Shown here: positions 31,661 to 32,000 of the stretch, in pieces
Layout of the letters: each line of letters starts with the position of its first letter
How positions within the stretch are numbered: the first letter of the stretch is position 1
Source of the DNA: Sedimentisphaera cyanobacteriorum
GTDB lineage: Bacteria > Planctomycetota > Phycisphaerae > Sedimentisphaerales > Sedimentisphaeraceae
Assembly: GCF_001997385.1 (NCBI RefSeq)
Contig: NZ_CP019633.1
Location: 2,340,001-2,372,000, forward strand
Length of the DNA: 32,000 bases
Direction: 5' to 3'
The notes under the pieces: generated by a model
What the model saw: the letters and a program-made list of their open reading frames with translations, nothing else
What the model was told of the DNA's origin: nothing
Databases searched by the model: none
Program-made: the position numbers and the translations under genes

Positions 31661-31956
31661 AAAATAGGGGACAGTTACCTAATAATTGTTTTCAACTGAT
31701 GTGAGTTTGCAGCTTCTTTGATTATTTTTTAGAAAACCAATTTCTGATTGTTCACAGGCTTTTAATCGGCATTTTTTTCTGTTTAATTGCTTCATCAAGG
31801 CTTTAAACCGAGCAAATATGCTTGTTGAGCGGCAGCTGCTCTTGACGAACCGCTTGCCGCCTCATCTGAGCCAAATTCTTATCCCGGCCAATTCCCTATC
31901 TCATTATTTTATAAAGCTTTTTACTATTAAAAATAGGTAACTGTTCCCCTATTTTT
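31661..31956 (-). mobile_element. MITE-like non-autonomous element, copy 2 (296 bp, inverted relative to copy 1)
   Basis: It has the same TIRs (AAAATAGGGGACAGTTACCT at 31661-31680 and AGGTAACTGTTCCCCTATTTTT at 31935-31956). By eye it shows about 14 substitutions plus a ~25-nt indel relative to 4272-4542. Confidence 0.8.
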
Positions 31957-32000
31957 CACCGCAATTTGATATTCTGCACCAATACGGGGGCTCAATGTTT
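31957..32000 (+). repeat. partial P module at the window edge
   Basis: CACCGCAATTTGATATTCTGCACCAATACGGGGGCTCAATGTTT matches 11808-11845 and 23298-23335 and then runs into the GGCTCAATGTTT motif. It is cut by the window end. Confidence 0.7.

Overview
This is a chromosomal window that looks like a PVC-group bacterium. Planctomycetota/Phycisphaerae-like is my guess from the PEP-CTERM proteins, a Tat-lipoprotein sulfatase and the gene content; this is inference only. The coding content is mostly housekeeping: a hom / ApgM-like (proposed homoserine kinase) / lysC operon, an ELM1-family glycosyltransferase-like gene, an APC permease fused to tandem USP domains, RNase R, comF, GNAT-dapB, a glycine-zipper lipoprotein, tRNA-Glu(UUC), a LarE-like PP-loop enzyme, a gpsA-metallophosphoesterase-SGNH hydrolase operon, valS, an arylsulfatase and PEP-CTERM proteins. 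Mobile DNA comprises an IS30-family element beside tRNA-Glu that abuts a 5'-truncated PEP-CTERM gene, an IS5-family element downstream of valS, and a solitary Mrr-like nuclease gene in an AT-rich islet. The unusual part is non-coding. Six intergenic regions (3987-5175, 11209-12413, 22544-23797, 28297-28726, 30350-30833, 31503-32000) are assembled from one family of mosaic repeat modules, which I name as follows. P is ~169 bp, running from CTCTCCGCCTGCGGCGGACAGGCTCAATGTTTAA to TTTACACAGAG. H is a head containing purine-rich CGGAGG/CGAAGG words, tandem 9-bp NACAGGAT units, GGGCGGGTAATTT and GGGATTGGTTTAAACCGCGAAG...CACGAAG. T1 is a tail with tandem 9-bp CATCTGTGN units, GGATAATAAA and ATCCCCTTCGTGTGTTTCG. 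T2 is a ~330-bp tail ending in several GC hairpins. Three ~1.2-kb arrays sit between divergent housekeeping genes. Modules within an array are co-oriented, their order is permuted between arrays, copies share up to 113 consecutive identical nt, and copies differ by module-precise deletions. A perfect 10-bp palindrome GGTTTAAACC occurs 7 times, only in these repeats as far as I could see. A separate 271/296-bp MITE-like element with 20-bp terminal inverted repeats occurs twice. I saw no CRISPR array, cas genes or rRNA. I cannot assign the mosaic repeats to any family I know, and they are the best candidate for something undescribed here.
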